A DNA stretch of 64,000 bases from sequence record NC_041884.1, one strand, 5' to 3'. Shown piece after piece: positions 1 through 10,090 of this stretch; the first letter of the stretch is position 1, and every line of letters begins with the position of its first letter. The notes below the pieces were generated by a model. It was not told the origin of the DNA. It ran no database searches and saw only the letters and a list, made by a program, of their open reading frames with translations. Position numbers and translations under genes: made by a program.

Positions 1-500
1 AATGACAATTAGATAATACACCTCTACCTAAATCTACATTCTCTTGAAAAGACTTTCCAGATAAAGGGATAAAACGAGGATCCCAAGCAGTCATACAAAT
101 ACGTCTTGAGTAAGGATCATTCTTTAGGAGATCAATAACATATTGCATTTGATCTACACCATCAGGGACATTACCTCTAAGAACAGGACCATATAAATTA
201 CCAATAGTAGGTTTACCTGTATTCTTATCAGTAACCGTCCATTCTTTCCAAATGGATACGCCCTTTTCATCTAAATAAGTAGTGTCACTAGAACCTTTAC
301 AGAACATCCAAATAGTTTCTATAAGAGCCCATTTCCAACCAACTTGTTTAGTATTTAAAATAGGTAATCCATCTGATAAATCAAAAGTTAATGATTCACC
401 AAATAATCCTATAGTACCTGTTCCAGTTCTATCAGATCTCTCTTGACCTTCATTTAGAATTTTAAGTCCGAAGATCAATATACTGTTGATCAATATTCAT
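1..500 (-). CDS. thyA: thymidylate synthase, 5' part (runs off the window), with a +1 frameshift at codon 11
   Basis: ATG at 500 gives MNIDQQYIDL-R-T-stop. The +1 frame from 469 reads GLKILNEGQERSDRTGTGTIGLFG...MTAWDP...LSNCH, which carries the ThyA motifs DRTGTG and AWxP and the active-site CH. Confidence 0.9.
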
Positions 501-687
501 TATCATGATAGTCCTCATAAAAGTCATCTAATACAGATGTTTGGTTATCTTGAATAGGCAATGGAGTACTACGTCTATTATTACTTCTATTTGGTTTATT
601 TTTCTTTTTGTTAGGTAATTCATCATCGTCATACATACCACGATTCTTACTTACTTTTTGAAATCCACCAATATAACTTTTAGGCAT
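490..687 (-). CDS. small basic/acidic hypothetical protein
   Basis: ORF coupled to both neighbours by overlaps. Confidence 0.6.
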   Translation of the reverse strand: MPKSYIGGFQKVSKNRGMYDDDELPNKKKNKPNRSNNRRSTPLPIQDNQTSVLDDFYEDYHDNEY

Positions 688-1276
688 CAGTTTTTAACAA
701 CCCTTTTACTTGTTCTAGTAGGTCTTGAGTATTTGACCAATCTTCATTAAATACAAATTGTAGATCACATTTAGTTCTATCAATTTGACCTTCAAAACTT
801 TCAGTTGCAGCAGTACCTTTATAAGGGTCTACATCAACTTTATCTAAATAAATTGTTTTACAATTAAAATGAGAAGCTAAACAATCATGTTCAATCTTAC
901 GTCTCCAGTCATCAATAATAACAGTTTCAGCACCAATGTCTAAATTACTAATATTATATTGAGCTAAATCACCCCATACTGTATCTGTAGTTAGGGAGGA
1001 TAAAAATAAACTAGCATCACAATACTGATGTCTAGGAGTAGTTTTAAAGACATCAGTTAAATTAAGTTCTTTCTTTGTTTGTGCATATTCTAAAAAAGAA
1101 ACTTCTGGTTCTTTACCAAATTTTTCCATTACATCTTTATAGAGATTATAAGTAATTTCTTTAATAGGATAAGCGAAAGAGTATTTAACACTATTTGGGA
1201 TTGTTCTTAAGAGTGTATCAGCGAAGGTGGACTTCCCAACTTGGGGAGCAGAGCTTGCAAGTAAAATAATATTCAT
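680..1276 (-). CDS. deoxynucleoside monophosphate kinase (P-loop)
   Basis: N-terminal SSAPQVGKST P-loop, IIDDWR motif, next to thyA. Confidence 0.75.
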   Translation of the reverse strand: MNIILLASSAPQVGKSTFADTLLRTIPNSVKYSFAYPIKEITYNLYKDVMEKFGKEPEVSFLEYAQTKKELNLTDVFKTTPRHQYCDASLFLSSLTTDTVWGDLAQYNISNLDIGAETVIIDDWRRKIEHDCLASHFNCKTIYLDKVDVDPYKGTAATESFEGQIDRTKCDLQFVFNEDWSNTQDLLEQVKGLLKTDA

Positions 1277-1279
1277 ATT

Positions 1280-1642
1280 TTATTCAACAAATCTAAAAGC
1301 ACTTAATAATAGAATTTGGCATAAAGGATCTCCTTTACGAACAATTTCATTATTTCTACCATGATATGTTAAATTCAATGTCAATTCACTACTAAACTCT
1401 GGATGAATAATTTGTCCAGGACTTACTGAGAAATGATATGGCGAGGACTCTTTAGGAGTAAATAATCCTACCATTCCTTGAGGAAGTTTTAAACCAAAGC
1501 CTGAGTCAATCTTAATATGACATCCTGGTCTAAGTTCAAAACTAATAGGTGAGTAAACATCCAACGACCAACCATTATTTCCGATTGTAGGATGTTTAAT
1601 ATCTTGATTAAAAATATGCAAATTTTCTTTTAAGGATAACAT
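1280..1642 (-). CDS. trimeric dUTPase-like protein with degenerate motifs
   Basis: LDVYSP..FELRPG..IDSGFGLKLPQG.VGLF fold pattern; motifs 2 and 3 are altered and C-terminal motif 5 is absent. Confidence 0.65.
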   Translation of the reverse strand: MLSLKENLHIFNQDIKHPTIGNNGWSLDVYSPISFELRPGCHIKIDSGFGLKLPQGMVGLFTPKESSPYHFSVSPGQIIHPEFSSELTLNLTYHGRNNEIVRKGDPLCQILLLSAFRFVE

Positions 1643-1663
1643 TATTATACCAAATTTATATTA

Positions 1664-2440
1664 TTATTCTGCTTTAAACGTTTTTAATTTTTGTTCTTTT
1701 TGAATAGTAGGTTTAGATTCTTCTACAGGAAGAAAAATAAACTCTTCTTTATCTTTAGAAAATACATCAGGAACTTCGTCTTCTGCTACTTTCACATCAA
1801 TACCAGCCTCTTTAAGAGTACTAATAACTGATGAAAGAGAATCAGCAGCTAATTTAGCTTTAGCTTCTTCAACTTCTGCACTATCAAATACAGGATCTTC
1901 TCCAAATTGTAAAGTCTTAACTTCACCACCACAGAAGATATCTACTTTAATAACAGATTGAATTACTTCAACTAAAGGAGCAGTCTTATCGTAAGTTAAA
2001 ATAGCTTGAGCGATAAGACCACCAGAACCAACAGTATGTATAGAATCTTCTTTTGGAAGGTCTACAAATAAGTCACGAGTATATTCACTATCATATAGTC
2101 TAACAATGTCATGATTTTTAAAGATAACCATAATTTCAATAGGATCATCTACTTCTTCAATGTCTTCAACAGTAAAGTTTTCATTATGATCAATGCCAGC
2201 ATGATCAACACTGACAAACCATCTTAAAAATCTAGAAAAGTACTTAACAGACCCTGCTAGTGCATACATTGCAAACTCAGTTGGAAAATCTAAATCTTCT
2301 TTATTAAGGGAACGCTCTCCACTTACGAGATCTTCATAAACCATTCCAATTTTAACAACATGTTCATTTCCAACAGTACCACCCATTGTAGCTAACGAAT
2401 CCGCTGCTAAAACACCATTATGGTAAACACATACTGTCAT
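1664..2440 (-). CDS. Ntn-hydrolase peptidase (HslV/proteasome-beta-like) with acidic C-terminal tail
   Basis: N-terminal Thr (MTVCVYHNGVLAADS) and GSGG motif. Confidence 0.7.
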   Translation of the reverse strand: MTVCVYHNGVLAADSLATMGGTVGNEHVVKIGMVYEDLVSGERSLNKEDLDFPTEFAMYALAGSVKYFSRFLRWFVSVDHAGIDHNENFTVEDIEEVDDPIEIMVIFKNHDIVRLYDSEYTRDLFVDLPKEDSIHTVGSGGLIAQAILTYDKTAPLVEVIQSVIKVDIFCGGEVKTLQFGEDPVFDSAEVEEAKAKLAADSLSSVISTLKEAGIDVKVAEDEVPDVFSKDKEEFIFLPVEESKPTIQKEQKLKTFKAE

Positions 2441-2453
2441 ATTATATCCTTAT

Positions 2454-2909
2454 TTAGGTTCTATAATATCTATGTAATGTATCATTGACAGACACTTTTC
2501 TATATTTCCAACCAGGATTAATTGATCTTGCATGGAAGAATACAGCTCCATTTACAGTATCAATTCTTTTACCTTGTTTCTCAGATAAGTATAAAGATTC
2601 AGCTAATTCTTTAATTCTATTAAAAGTTGACTGATCTTTAACACTTAAACCTCTACAATACCAAGGGAATTGACAAGCATGTTTTCGATCTGCTATCACT
2701 CCACATACAGTTTTAGGAAAGGCTTTATGTTGTGTTCTGTTAATAATCGCATTACCGATATTAATCATTTCATTAGAATCTCCACCTCTAGCTTCAAAAT
2801 ACATTGCTTTAGCTAGACATGAGATTTGTGCATTCTCAGCTTTTGCTTTAGTAGATAACACTACAAATGCAATAGTAAGAACTAAAAATGTGATTAACTT
2901 TTTAATCAT
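2454..2909 (-). CDS. SleB-like cell wall hydrolase (Hydrolase_2) with signal peptide
   Basis: CLAKAMYFEARG, NR..H..FP.TVCGVI, QF.W, GAVFFHA motifs. Confidence 0.9.
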   Translation of the reverse strand: MIKKLITFLVLTIAFVVLSTKAKAENAQISCLAKAMYFEARGGDSNEMINIGNAIINRTQHKAFPKTVCGVIADRKHACQFPWYCRGLSVKDQSTFNRIKELAESLYLSEKQGKRIDTVNGAVFFHARSINPGWKYRKVSVNDTLHRYYRT

Positions 2910-3009
2910 TTGGGGTTTCCTTAATAATCTTTTTGGGGTTATTTTAGAAACTCATTTGATATAGAAGTATTTATTATTATAATTATTAATCTAACTCATA
3001 TTAAATGAA

Positions 3010-3411
3010 TTAAAGTGTAGTTACTTCTGAAGTAATATCGTCAGACTGTGAGTTGAGAGCCTCAGCATAAATATCATTAGCTTCTTCTACAGCAGCTAAA
3101 GCAGTCTTATGAGCTTCTTCTACTGCACGTTGCATTAACTCTTGAGGAATGATTTTTAATTCTTCAATTAAGATTTTACATAATGCATCAAGTACAGCAT
3201 TCGCATACATACCTTGAACATTCAATTCATCAATATCGTTTGAATTGTGATACGCTTTTATAGCAAGGTTAGCAATTAACTTCTCTTGCTCTGGGTTTCC
3301 TTTAAAAGCTGCTTCAACATCAGCAATCATCATTTCTACAGCTCGTTCATCAGCTTCTAATTTAGCTTGGATTAAGTCTTGAATTGATGATTGGTGCTTT
3401 TGTTCAGTCAT
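3010..3411 (-). CDS. helical hypothetical protein
   Basis: ORF with strong codon bias and an SD sequence. Confidence 0.6.
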   Translation of the reverse strand: MTEQKHQSSIQDLIQAKLEADERAVEMMIADVEAAFKGNPEQEKLIANLAIKAYHNSNDIDELNVQGMYANAVLDALCKILIEELKIIPQELMQRAVEEAHKTALAAVEEANDIYAEALNSQSDDITSEVTTL

Positions 3412-3486
3412 AATATTTCCATAATAGGATATTTTATTATTGTAAATGTACGAGGAGAGATAAAACTAAACGTCTTTTCTTCTCTC

Positions 3487-3786
3487 TTAATGTATTACAA
3501 AGTAGGCACCTAAAGATATAAGCATATATCCAATAGAAGCTACTAAGAATGTAAGCCCTGAACTAGAATAATAGTATTCTTTTAGTACAGAGATTAAACA
3601 TCCAAGCAATAACGCTTGGAATAAAGTAATGTCTTTCCAAATAAAAGGAGAGATCATATATAAAAAATAGGATAAAGCAAATAATGCTAAAATAGCATAA
3701 CCAATTCGATTTGTAATAGATTTAAATCTATCGCTTAAGGATGGTTTAATTACATTTCCATCTTTATCAATGTAAATCAATTTCAT
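3487..3786 (-). CDS. membrane protein
   Basis: three hydrophobic segments. Confidence 0.6.
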   Translation of the reverse strand: MKLIYIDKDGNVIKPSLSDRFKSITNRIGYAILALFALSYFLYMISPFIWKDITLFQALLLGCLISVLKEYYYSSSGLTFLVASIGYMLISLGAYFVIH

Positions 3787-3808
3787 TTAATACTCAATTA
3801 ATAGGAAA

Positions 3809-3890
3809 GTCAGACTAGGTATCGAAACCTTAGAGGTTGCCCTCTAGCCACAATTATATTTGTGTTTAGTGCCTTTACATGCAATCTGAC
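3809..3890 (-). ncRNA. tRNA-like structured RNA without a canonical anticodon loop
   Basis: GTCAGA/TCTGAC closing stem, TGC/GCA D-like arm, CACAA/TTGTG arm, TAGAGG-GCAA-CCTCTA arm and a TTCGAT T-loop. Confidence 0.45.
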
Positions 3891-3922
3891 ATAATAGAAT
3901 CAAAGTTGGAGGTAAGGAAGTT

Positions 3923-4096
3923 TTAATTAGTCTTAGATAACAATGTTTCTTTGTAAATTATACTAATTTCCTTGGCACAAGATTTACAACCTTTACAAAT
4001 GTTTAGTTTATTTTTAAGTTCATTTAAAGTTTGAACTGTATTACAAGCTCTTTTAATTTCTTTATCTGTAGTTGGATTACATAAGCATACATACAT
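3923..4096 (-). CDS. BFD-like [2Fe-2S] ferredoxin (57 aa, below the ORF-track cut-off)
   Basis: MYVCLCNPTTDKEI...ICKGCKSC matches the BFD CxC...CxxC pattern. Confidence 0.8.
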   Translation of the reverse strand: MYVCLCNPTTDKEIKRACNTVQTLNELKNKLNICKGCKSCAKEISIIYKETLLSKTN

Positions 4097-4102
4097 AAGC
4101 AA

Positions 4103-4901
4103 TTACCAATTTAATTCAAAGCCTGATACTTTATGCTTAATAGCATAATACCAAATTGATCTAAGGGCTTCTTGACGAGCTTTTTCTACATCAGTCGTCC
4201 AATGATAATGACTATCTTCCAAATCATTAATACGTTCACAAAGATCTACAAATTTAACTGTTTCATATTTGCTATATCCAAAATCCCAAATATCTAGTTG
4301 ACACGTAACAAACAGGTGAGTTTTAAAAGATTGAGGTAACCAATTATCTGAAGGTAAATGTGGCATTAAAGTTAAAAACAATTCTTCAGTAATAATTAAA
4401 TTTTTAAGATCTATGGAGTTAACATAAGTGATTAAATCGCTTTTAGATTTATCAACCTTACTAACTAATTCTTTTACTTTTTCTAAAACCATAATAAAAT
4501 TACCAATCTAGTTTAAAACCTAATAATTTATTTTTTAAAGACCATTGAATAACTGTATCAACAGCTTTGTTAAGAGCATCTTCTTCATCTTTGGTTTTAA
4601 ACCAGGTACAGAGAGATTCCAAATCTTCTTCATAATCGCAATCTAAAATACGAGAACAAATATCTGTAAAATATACAGTTTCGTATTTATAATAACCAAT
4701 ATCCCAAATATCTTTTCCAATCATGTTTTCTAACAGATCTAAAAACTCATTATCTATACTTGACGCAATTGGAAATACGCTTACAATTTTCTTAAATTCT
4801 TCATACGAACAACTTTTAAATTCAGTATTTTTTATATAATCTTGTAAAGCCTTTTCAGCTTGCTTAATATCGTTATGAAGTTTTAATAATTTTTCATCCA
4901 T
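4103..4901 (-). CDS. two tandem paralogous hypothetical proteins (4103-4492 and 4500-4901)
   Basis: both share DIWD(F/I)GYxKYETVxFxD(L/I)CxRI and end in L(N/D)W. Confidence 0.7.
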
Positions 4902-6141
4902 ATTCTTTTTCTACCTCTTCTGAAAGCTCTCTAAATCGTTTATCAGCCTTTCTTGTAATAGGGTATAGAGTAAAAGCTAAATCATTAATTCCAATCACTC
5001 TAAGCTTCTCTAGGCTTGATACACGAGATAAAGCTACATATCCTTGTCCTGGTTCAAAAGCTTTAGACAAATCAATTTCTGCTGATTCTAAAGTTAATCC
5101 TTGACTCTTATTAACAGTGAGAGCCCAAGCTAGTTTTAAAGGAACTTGATGATAAGATGCAACAACATTGCCTTGATCATCTACTTTTTCCCATAACATT
5201 CTTCCAACATCAATACTCAATCCAGAAGATAGTCTAACTCTTAAACCTCCATCAAGTCTTGTAACTATTCCCAAAGTACCATTAACAAAATTACCTTGAG
5301 GATCATTCTTAGTAAATAATACTTTAGCTCCAACTTTTAATGTTAGTACAGGAGGAGATAAAACATTCTCACATAAGAATTTAACATTAGCTTCAGATCC
5401 CGATGTTATAGCTTTGTATATTCTAGCTTTCCCTTCAATAAGATTAAGTTCTCGTTCATTAATATAGTCTACACTTGCATTATGTGTATAGAGTTGAGAG
5501 GGAAGATCATCTAAATCATTGTCTACTGTATTGATAATTTTATTCTTATGTTCTTGAGTAATAGTACCTTCTCGAATAGCATTAAGAATTTCTAATAGTT
5601 CCCCATTTTCTTGTCTATAAGTAGTAGTAAGATAACAAATCTTAAATTCTGCACTTACCCAAGCACTAGACATAAAACAAAGTCTTGCATTTATATCTTC
5701 AGGACCTACGGGAGGTAGTTGATTAAAATCACCAACTACTATAATTTGTACTCCTCCAAAAGGTCTAGGATCTCTTCTTAAGGATCTTAAGATAAAATCA
5801 ACAGATGATAATTGATCTTTATGAAGCATGGAGATTTCATCAATAATAAGGACTTCCAAAGCTTTAAGCTTAGCTGTCATCCCTCTTCGTTTTCTAATAT
5901 CCATTAAATCTGCATTAGAGATTCTAGATTTAATGCCCATACCAATATAGGAATGGATAGTAGAACCTCCTACAACAGTAGCAGCAATTCCAGAAGAAGC
6001 TGTAATAGCAACATTAGTTTCTTTTTGTCTGTGATATTCTAAAAATTGACGAATAGTATGAGATTTGCCACTACCAGCTTTTCCTGTTAGAAAAACATTA
6101 GCCCCACTCTTCATTACTTTAAGTGCTGTGTCTTGGTTCAT
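4894..6141 (-). CDS. PIF1/RecD-like superfamily 1B helicase
   Basis: GKAGSGKS, IIDEISM, GDFNQLPPV, QVPLKLAWALTVNKSQGLT, GQGYVALSRV. Confidence 0.92.
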   Translation of the reverse strand: MNQDTALKVMKSGANVFLTGKAGSGKSHTIRQFLEYHRQKETNVAITASSGIAATVVGGSTIHSYIGMGIKSRISNADLMDIRKRRGMTAKLKALEVLIIDEISMLHKDQLSSVDFILRSLRRDPRPFGGVQIIVVGDFNQLPPVGPEDINARLCFMSSAWVSAEFKICYLTTTYRQENGELLEILNAIREGTITQEHKNKIINTVDNDLDDLPSQLYTHNASVDYINERELNLIEGKARIYKAITSGSEANVKFLCENVLSPPVLTLKVGAKVLFTKNDPQGNFVNGTLGIVTRLDGGLRVRLSSGLSIDVGRMLWEKVDDQGNVVASYHQVPLKLAWALTVNKSQGLTLESAEIDLSKAFEPGQGYVALSRVSSLEKLRVIGINDLAFTLYPITRKADKRFRELSEEVEKEYG

Positions 6142-6986
6142 ACCTTTCCTCTAACCTTCTTTTAGATATAACATCTGCTAATTCTTCAACATATCTGAGC
6201 ATTTTTTCAGGGTCTTGAATATGTTCAAAATCTAATTGAAGCCCATCTATGCCTTGTTCGTTTCTTTTTATCGTATCTTCTAATTCGTTATAAATTTGTT
6301 CAGCTTCTTTTTTATTATTTACATTTTTAAAGAAATAACTAATAGCAACATAGATAGGAGATGTAATCATACTAATTTCCACATTAGCTTATATTCATGT
6401 TCAGGAGATAAACGAGGGTCTAAGTAAGGGATACTTTGAATATTGAAATAATACTCCGATGTTTCTTTTCCAAATTCAAAAAGTACATACACTAAACGAG
6501 GAGTTTTATCAGTTAGTACAATAAGATCAGGATCAGTTTTTCTTACAATATGTTTAGAATTTCCACCAGAAGTAAAATAATAATCATCTTCTGTTTCTCT
6601 AGTAACTGGATATTCTGTAGTATTATCAAGAATACACATATGGAAAGGATTATTTAAATCAGTGTATCTTGGGCAAGAGTTTTTAAATTTTAAACGTACC
6701 ATTATTTAGTCTCTTCTTGTTTGCTATAATTTTTCTCAAAAATAGCTTTAGATCTAATATAAAAAATATCATCTACTTTAACTAAATAATCCCCTTCTTC
6801 CATTAATACTTTTTGATTAGGAAGATGAATACATAATTTAGGTGTAGAGAAAGTATCAACTGCTTTACTAATATGTCCAATAACAGGACCAGCAAAATCT
6901 CGTAAAGCTATTACATGTTCTGGATCACAAATAAATTGCATAGCCAAAACTTCTTTAGGGTTTTTAATATATTTTGTAGGGGTCAT
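6119..6986 (-). CDS. three small hypothetical phage proteins (6119-6382, 6367-6702, 6702-6986)
   Basis: translationally coupled ORFs; the last has a K.P..V.AMQ...EGDYLV pattern common in phage proteins. Confidence 0.55.
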
Positions 6987-7567
6987 AGTTCACAATCAAA
7001 AGAAGAACAATTCGATGTAAAATGTGGAATGCGACTCATATGATCAATATCTGTGTTTCCTTCAATGATACATCTAAGCATTGATAGAAAAACACAATGA
7101 GAGATAATGATAACTTGATCATATTTTTGACTTTGTTTAATGCTATTTAACTCTTGTTTAAATAATAAAGCTCTTTGATAAACATCATTATAAGATTCAA
7201 CTCCACCATCTTTATACCACCACAATCCAAAAGACTTCTCTCTATAGTAATGTTTATTAACTTCTGCTAATTCATCATAATTAGATGCTAATAGTCTTTC
7301 ATGCAATAAGGGTTCAATGCGAGAAGTAATATTGTAAGAATCTTTTAAAGGTTCAATAATAATGTCTCTAGTTTTAATTGTTCTTTTATAAGGACTACAT
7401 AGTACAAGAATACGATCATAAGATTTAAGACTGTAGTCTAAACAAAAATCATTAGCTTGTTCTACACCTTTAGGTGTTATATCTATTTCATGATCTGGTA
7501 CTTGACTGTATAAGTCATTATTGATATTAGCATAAGATTCAGCATGTCTAATTAACATTACTTTCAT
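6983..7567 (-). CDS. histidine phosphatase (phosphoglycerate mutase family)
   Basis: LIRHAES motif, SPYKRT, SH motif. Confidence 0.9.
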   Translation of the reverse strand: MKVMLIRHAESYANINNDLYSQVPDHEIDITPKGVEQANDFCLDYSLKSYDRILVLCSPYKRTIKTRDIIIEPLKDSYNITSRIEPLLHERLLASNYDELAEVNKHYYREKSFGLWWYKDGGVESYNDVYQRALLFKQELNSIKQSQKYDQVIIISHCVFLSMLRCIIEGNTDIDHMSRIPHFTSNCSSFDCEL

Positions 7568-7572
7568 AAATA

Positions 7573-8204
7573 TTATTCCAAATTAGTAAACCAGATATTA
7601 TCTAACTCTGGATTAGTGTCTAGTATACACACTTCTATATTAGTTTTATTTTCAGGATAAAATAATTGATATTCAGGAATAGATAAACATTCTCTATGTA
7701 ATGTACGCAAAGAAGACTCTAACCAAGAAAAATATGGCATGATATATTTATGAGTATAAGTACGATTAGTTAATGAGAAAAGATGAGGTTTACTTCCATT
7801 ATAAGACTTTAAAAAACAACCTCTAGCTTTCATTACATTAAAGCATTCAATAGGTAATTCAATATGTGTTTCTAAATATTGAAGTTTCATTGAATCTAAA
7901 TTCGCTTCATACCATTTCCAAGTAGTTTCAATTTTCTTTCTAATAACTTTTAAACCAACTGAAGCTAAAGCTGCACACACTCTCAACATTTTATCAGAAA
8001 CATCTTCTGATTTATCAATATACGTAACCATGTATTGAGAAGGTGTACTTATATTGAAAAACTTAATTGGGGTTAACTTCACACCTAGTTTATCAAAAAA
8101 GGAAGATTCTTTAAGTAACGCTAGTCCTAGAGGATATTCTTCAATAGTTATATGAACTTCATATAGAGGTGTTAGTTCACCATTGAATGGATTTAACAAA
8201 TGCA
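7573..8204 (-). CDS. hypothetical protein (start probably MHLLNP near 8204)
   Basis: the upstream in-frame extension overlaps the DHH gene. Confidence 0.55.
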
Positions 8205-9085
8205 TTATCTTGACACTCTGAGTAAAGAAGATTAGCACCAGCAGCACTAAAGTGACCACCACCTTTAACACTAATTTCTTTAGCAATTAAAGAAACATCC
8301 ACAAGATTTAAATCTTTTCTAGAACGTAAACTGAAACCTAAAACATCTTTATAGTAATTAAAGCATACAGCAAATCCTTTTTCATATTCAGGATTCTCTA
8401 ATACTTTACTAGCTACATCAGAAGCATATTGATAAGGGGCATTGATGATAGGAACATTCTTGTAAGGACCAAAATCGATCACTCTTAAATTAGAAGAAAT
8501 AATATGATCAACTATAGACTCATGCTGTTTTAATAAATGCGTACCATGTTGACACTTCATTAAGAAATGATCTTCGTCTTCAATACTATCTTTTAGTTCA
8601 AAGAAATAAGCTTCTTTAGTTTTAGGTATTGTGCTCAGATACATAGTATAAGCTTTAGTATTAGTGAAGTTAAAATTCCAAAGATCTCTATCTTCTACAT
8701 ATCTTACACATACAGGCATTCGTCTAGAAGGGAAAAAATGATTCCAAGTTAATCCTGCCCCACTATTAGTATTTTCAAAAGATACAGTACTTTCAATAAC
8801 ACCATCTTCAATTAAATCTTTAATTCCGTTTAACTGAGAAATATGATGGTCAATTAAAAGAATTTTATTTCCTCTAGAAAGAAGACTAAGCATTTCATCA
8901 CGTTTATAACAAAAATCTAAAAAGATAATTTCACTATTTTCTACGTCTAAAACAGGATCAGTATAATTACAAGCAAGATATTTATATGTAATTGTGTTGT
9001 TATTTACAACAGTATGATACATATGAATAGCAGCAGCCATTAAACCATCCATACAATTAGCATGGTATAACACAAAATTTTTCAT
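8177..9085 (-). CDS. DHH/DHHA1 phosphoesterase
   Basis: YHANCMDG, IDHH, DRDLW, FSLRS, GGGHFSAAG. Confidence 0.9.
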   Translation of the reverse strand: MKNFVLYHANCMDGLMAAAIHMYHTVVNNNTITYKYLACNYTDPVLDVENSEIIFLDFCYKRDEMLSLLSRGNKILLIDHHISQLNGIKDLIEDGVIESTVSFENTNSGAGLTWNHFFPSRRMPVCVRYVEDRDLWNFNFTNTKAYTMYLSTIPKTKEAYFFELKDSIEDEDHFLMKCQHGTHLLKQHESIVDHIISSNLRVIDFGPYKNVPIINAPYQYASDVASKVLENPEYEKGFAVCFNYYKDVLGFSLRSRKDLNLVDVSLIAKEISVKGGGHFSAAGANLLYSECQDNAFVKSIQW

Positions 9086-9405
9086 TGTATATCACTATAA
9101 TAATTTAGATTTTCTTCAAGTCTATCTAAAACTTTAGTTAAGAATTCAGAACAATCTAAGTTTAAATAAAAAGTAGAACGAGACTCCAAAGAAATAGCAT
9201 TAAAGATTAAGTCATCATAAAAGATATCCTTACCTCTTAAACTTTGAAAGTATACTAAAGCTTGTTCTAAGTCTTCATCATTGTATTGGGAAGTATTTTT
9301 AAAAAAGGTATTGAATGTAGAACGGAGAATTATAGAAGAGAGATTATTTGTCTGCATTAGGATACACCTCAATAAGTAGATTTGGTTTGTAAGCTTCATC
9401 TCCAA
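9082..9405 (-). CDS. hypothetical protein
   Basis: ORF between two enzyme genes; the start is probably internal. Confidence 0.5.
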   Translation of the reverse strand: MEMKLTNQIYLLRCILMQTNNLSSIILRSTFNTFFKNTSQYNDEDLEQALVYFQSLRGKDIFYDDLIFNAISLESRSTFYLNLDCSEFLTKVLDRLEENLNYYSDIQ

Positions 9406-10090
9406 TTAGTTCCCTATGGTACCCATAAGCATTAGAAATAAGTTGACAATTGTCTACAGTGATATGTGTATTATAATGAGTATGAGACCAGAACCAATAA
9501 TTAAACCCATCTAGGTTTAAATCATTAGTAAAGTATCCTGAATGTTTAGGATCTTTTAAATATGCGGGGTGACTACAGAGGGGAGAAGGAGGAAAGTGTG
9601 TAACGACTACAACATTGTCTTGATGACGATATTGATTGATATAATTATATTGTTTATTAAATAAAGTAATATAATCTTCAGGAGTTATAGTTTTCCCTTC
9701 ATTAGCTATGAAACGGAAATCAGGGAATCTACGGAAGGAGTCTTTTACAACATCTACTTCCCAATCTTCTAGTACATTACTTCTAAAATTAGTAAATAAC
9801 GTACCACCAACAAATGTAACACCTTTATAAATAAAAGGCTTATCTTCTTTTAAATAATTAATACCATGATCATCTAGTCGTTTGTAAACTAAACTGATAT
9901 CTTGATACCAGAGATCATGGTTTCCAGGAATAATAAGAACTTCTTTGTCTAAACTCTTACATAAGTTAACAAATACAATTAACTCTTCCATCCCATCACT
10001 AGCATCTCCACCATGAATAATTAAATCAGCTTCAGGATTAATATGATAGTACATACAATCATGAGTATCTGACATAAATTGAATTTTCAT
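9344..10090 (-). CDS. calcineurin-like metallophosphoesterase
   Basis: SDTH, HGGD, PGNHD, THFPP, SHTH. Confidence 0.9.
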   Translation of the reverse strand: MKIQFMSDTHDCMYYHINPEADLIIHGGDASDGMEELIVFVNLCKSLDKEVLIIPGNHDLWYQDISLVYKRLDDHGINYLKEDKPFIYKGVTFVGGTLFTNFRSNVLEDWEVDVVKDSFRRFPDFRFIANEGKTITPEDYITLFNKQYNYINQYRHQDNVVVVTHFPPSPLCSHPAYLKDPKHSGYFTNDLNLDGFNYWFWSHTHYNTHITVDNCQLISNAYGYHRELIGDEAYKPNLLIEVYPNADK

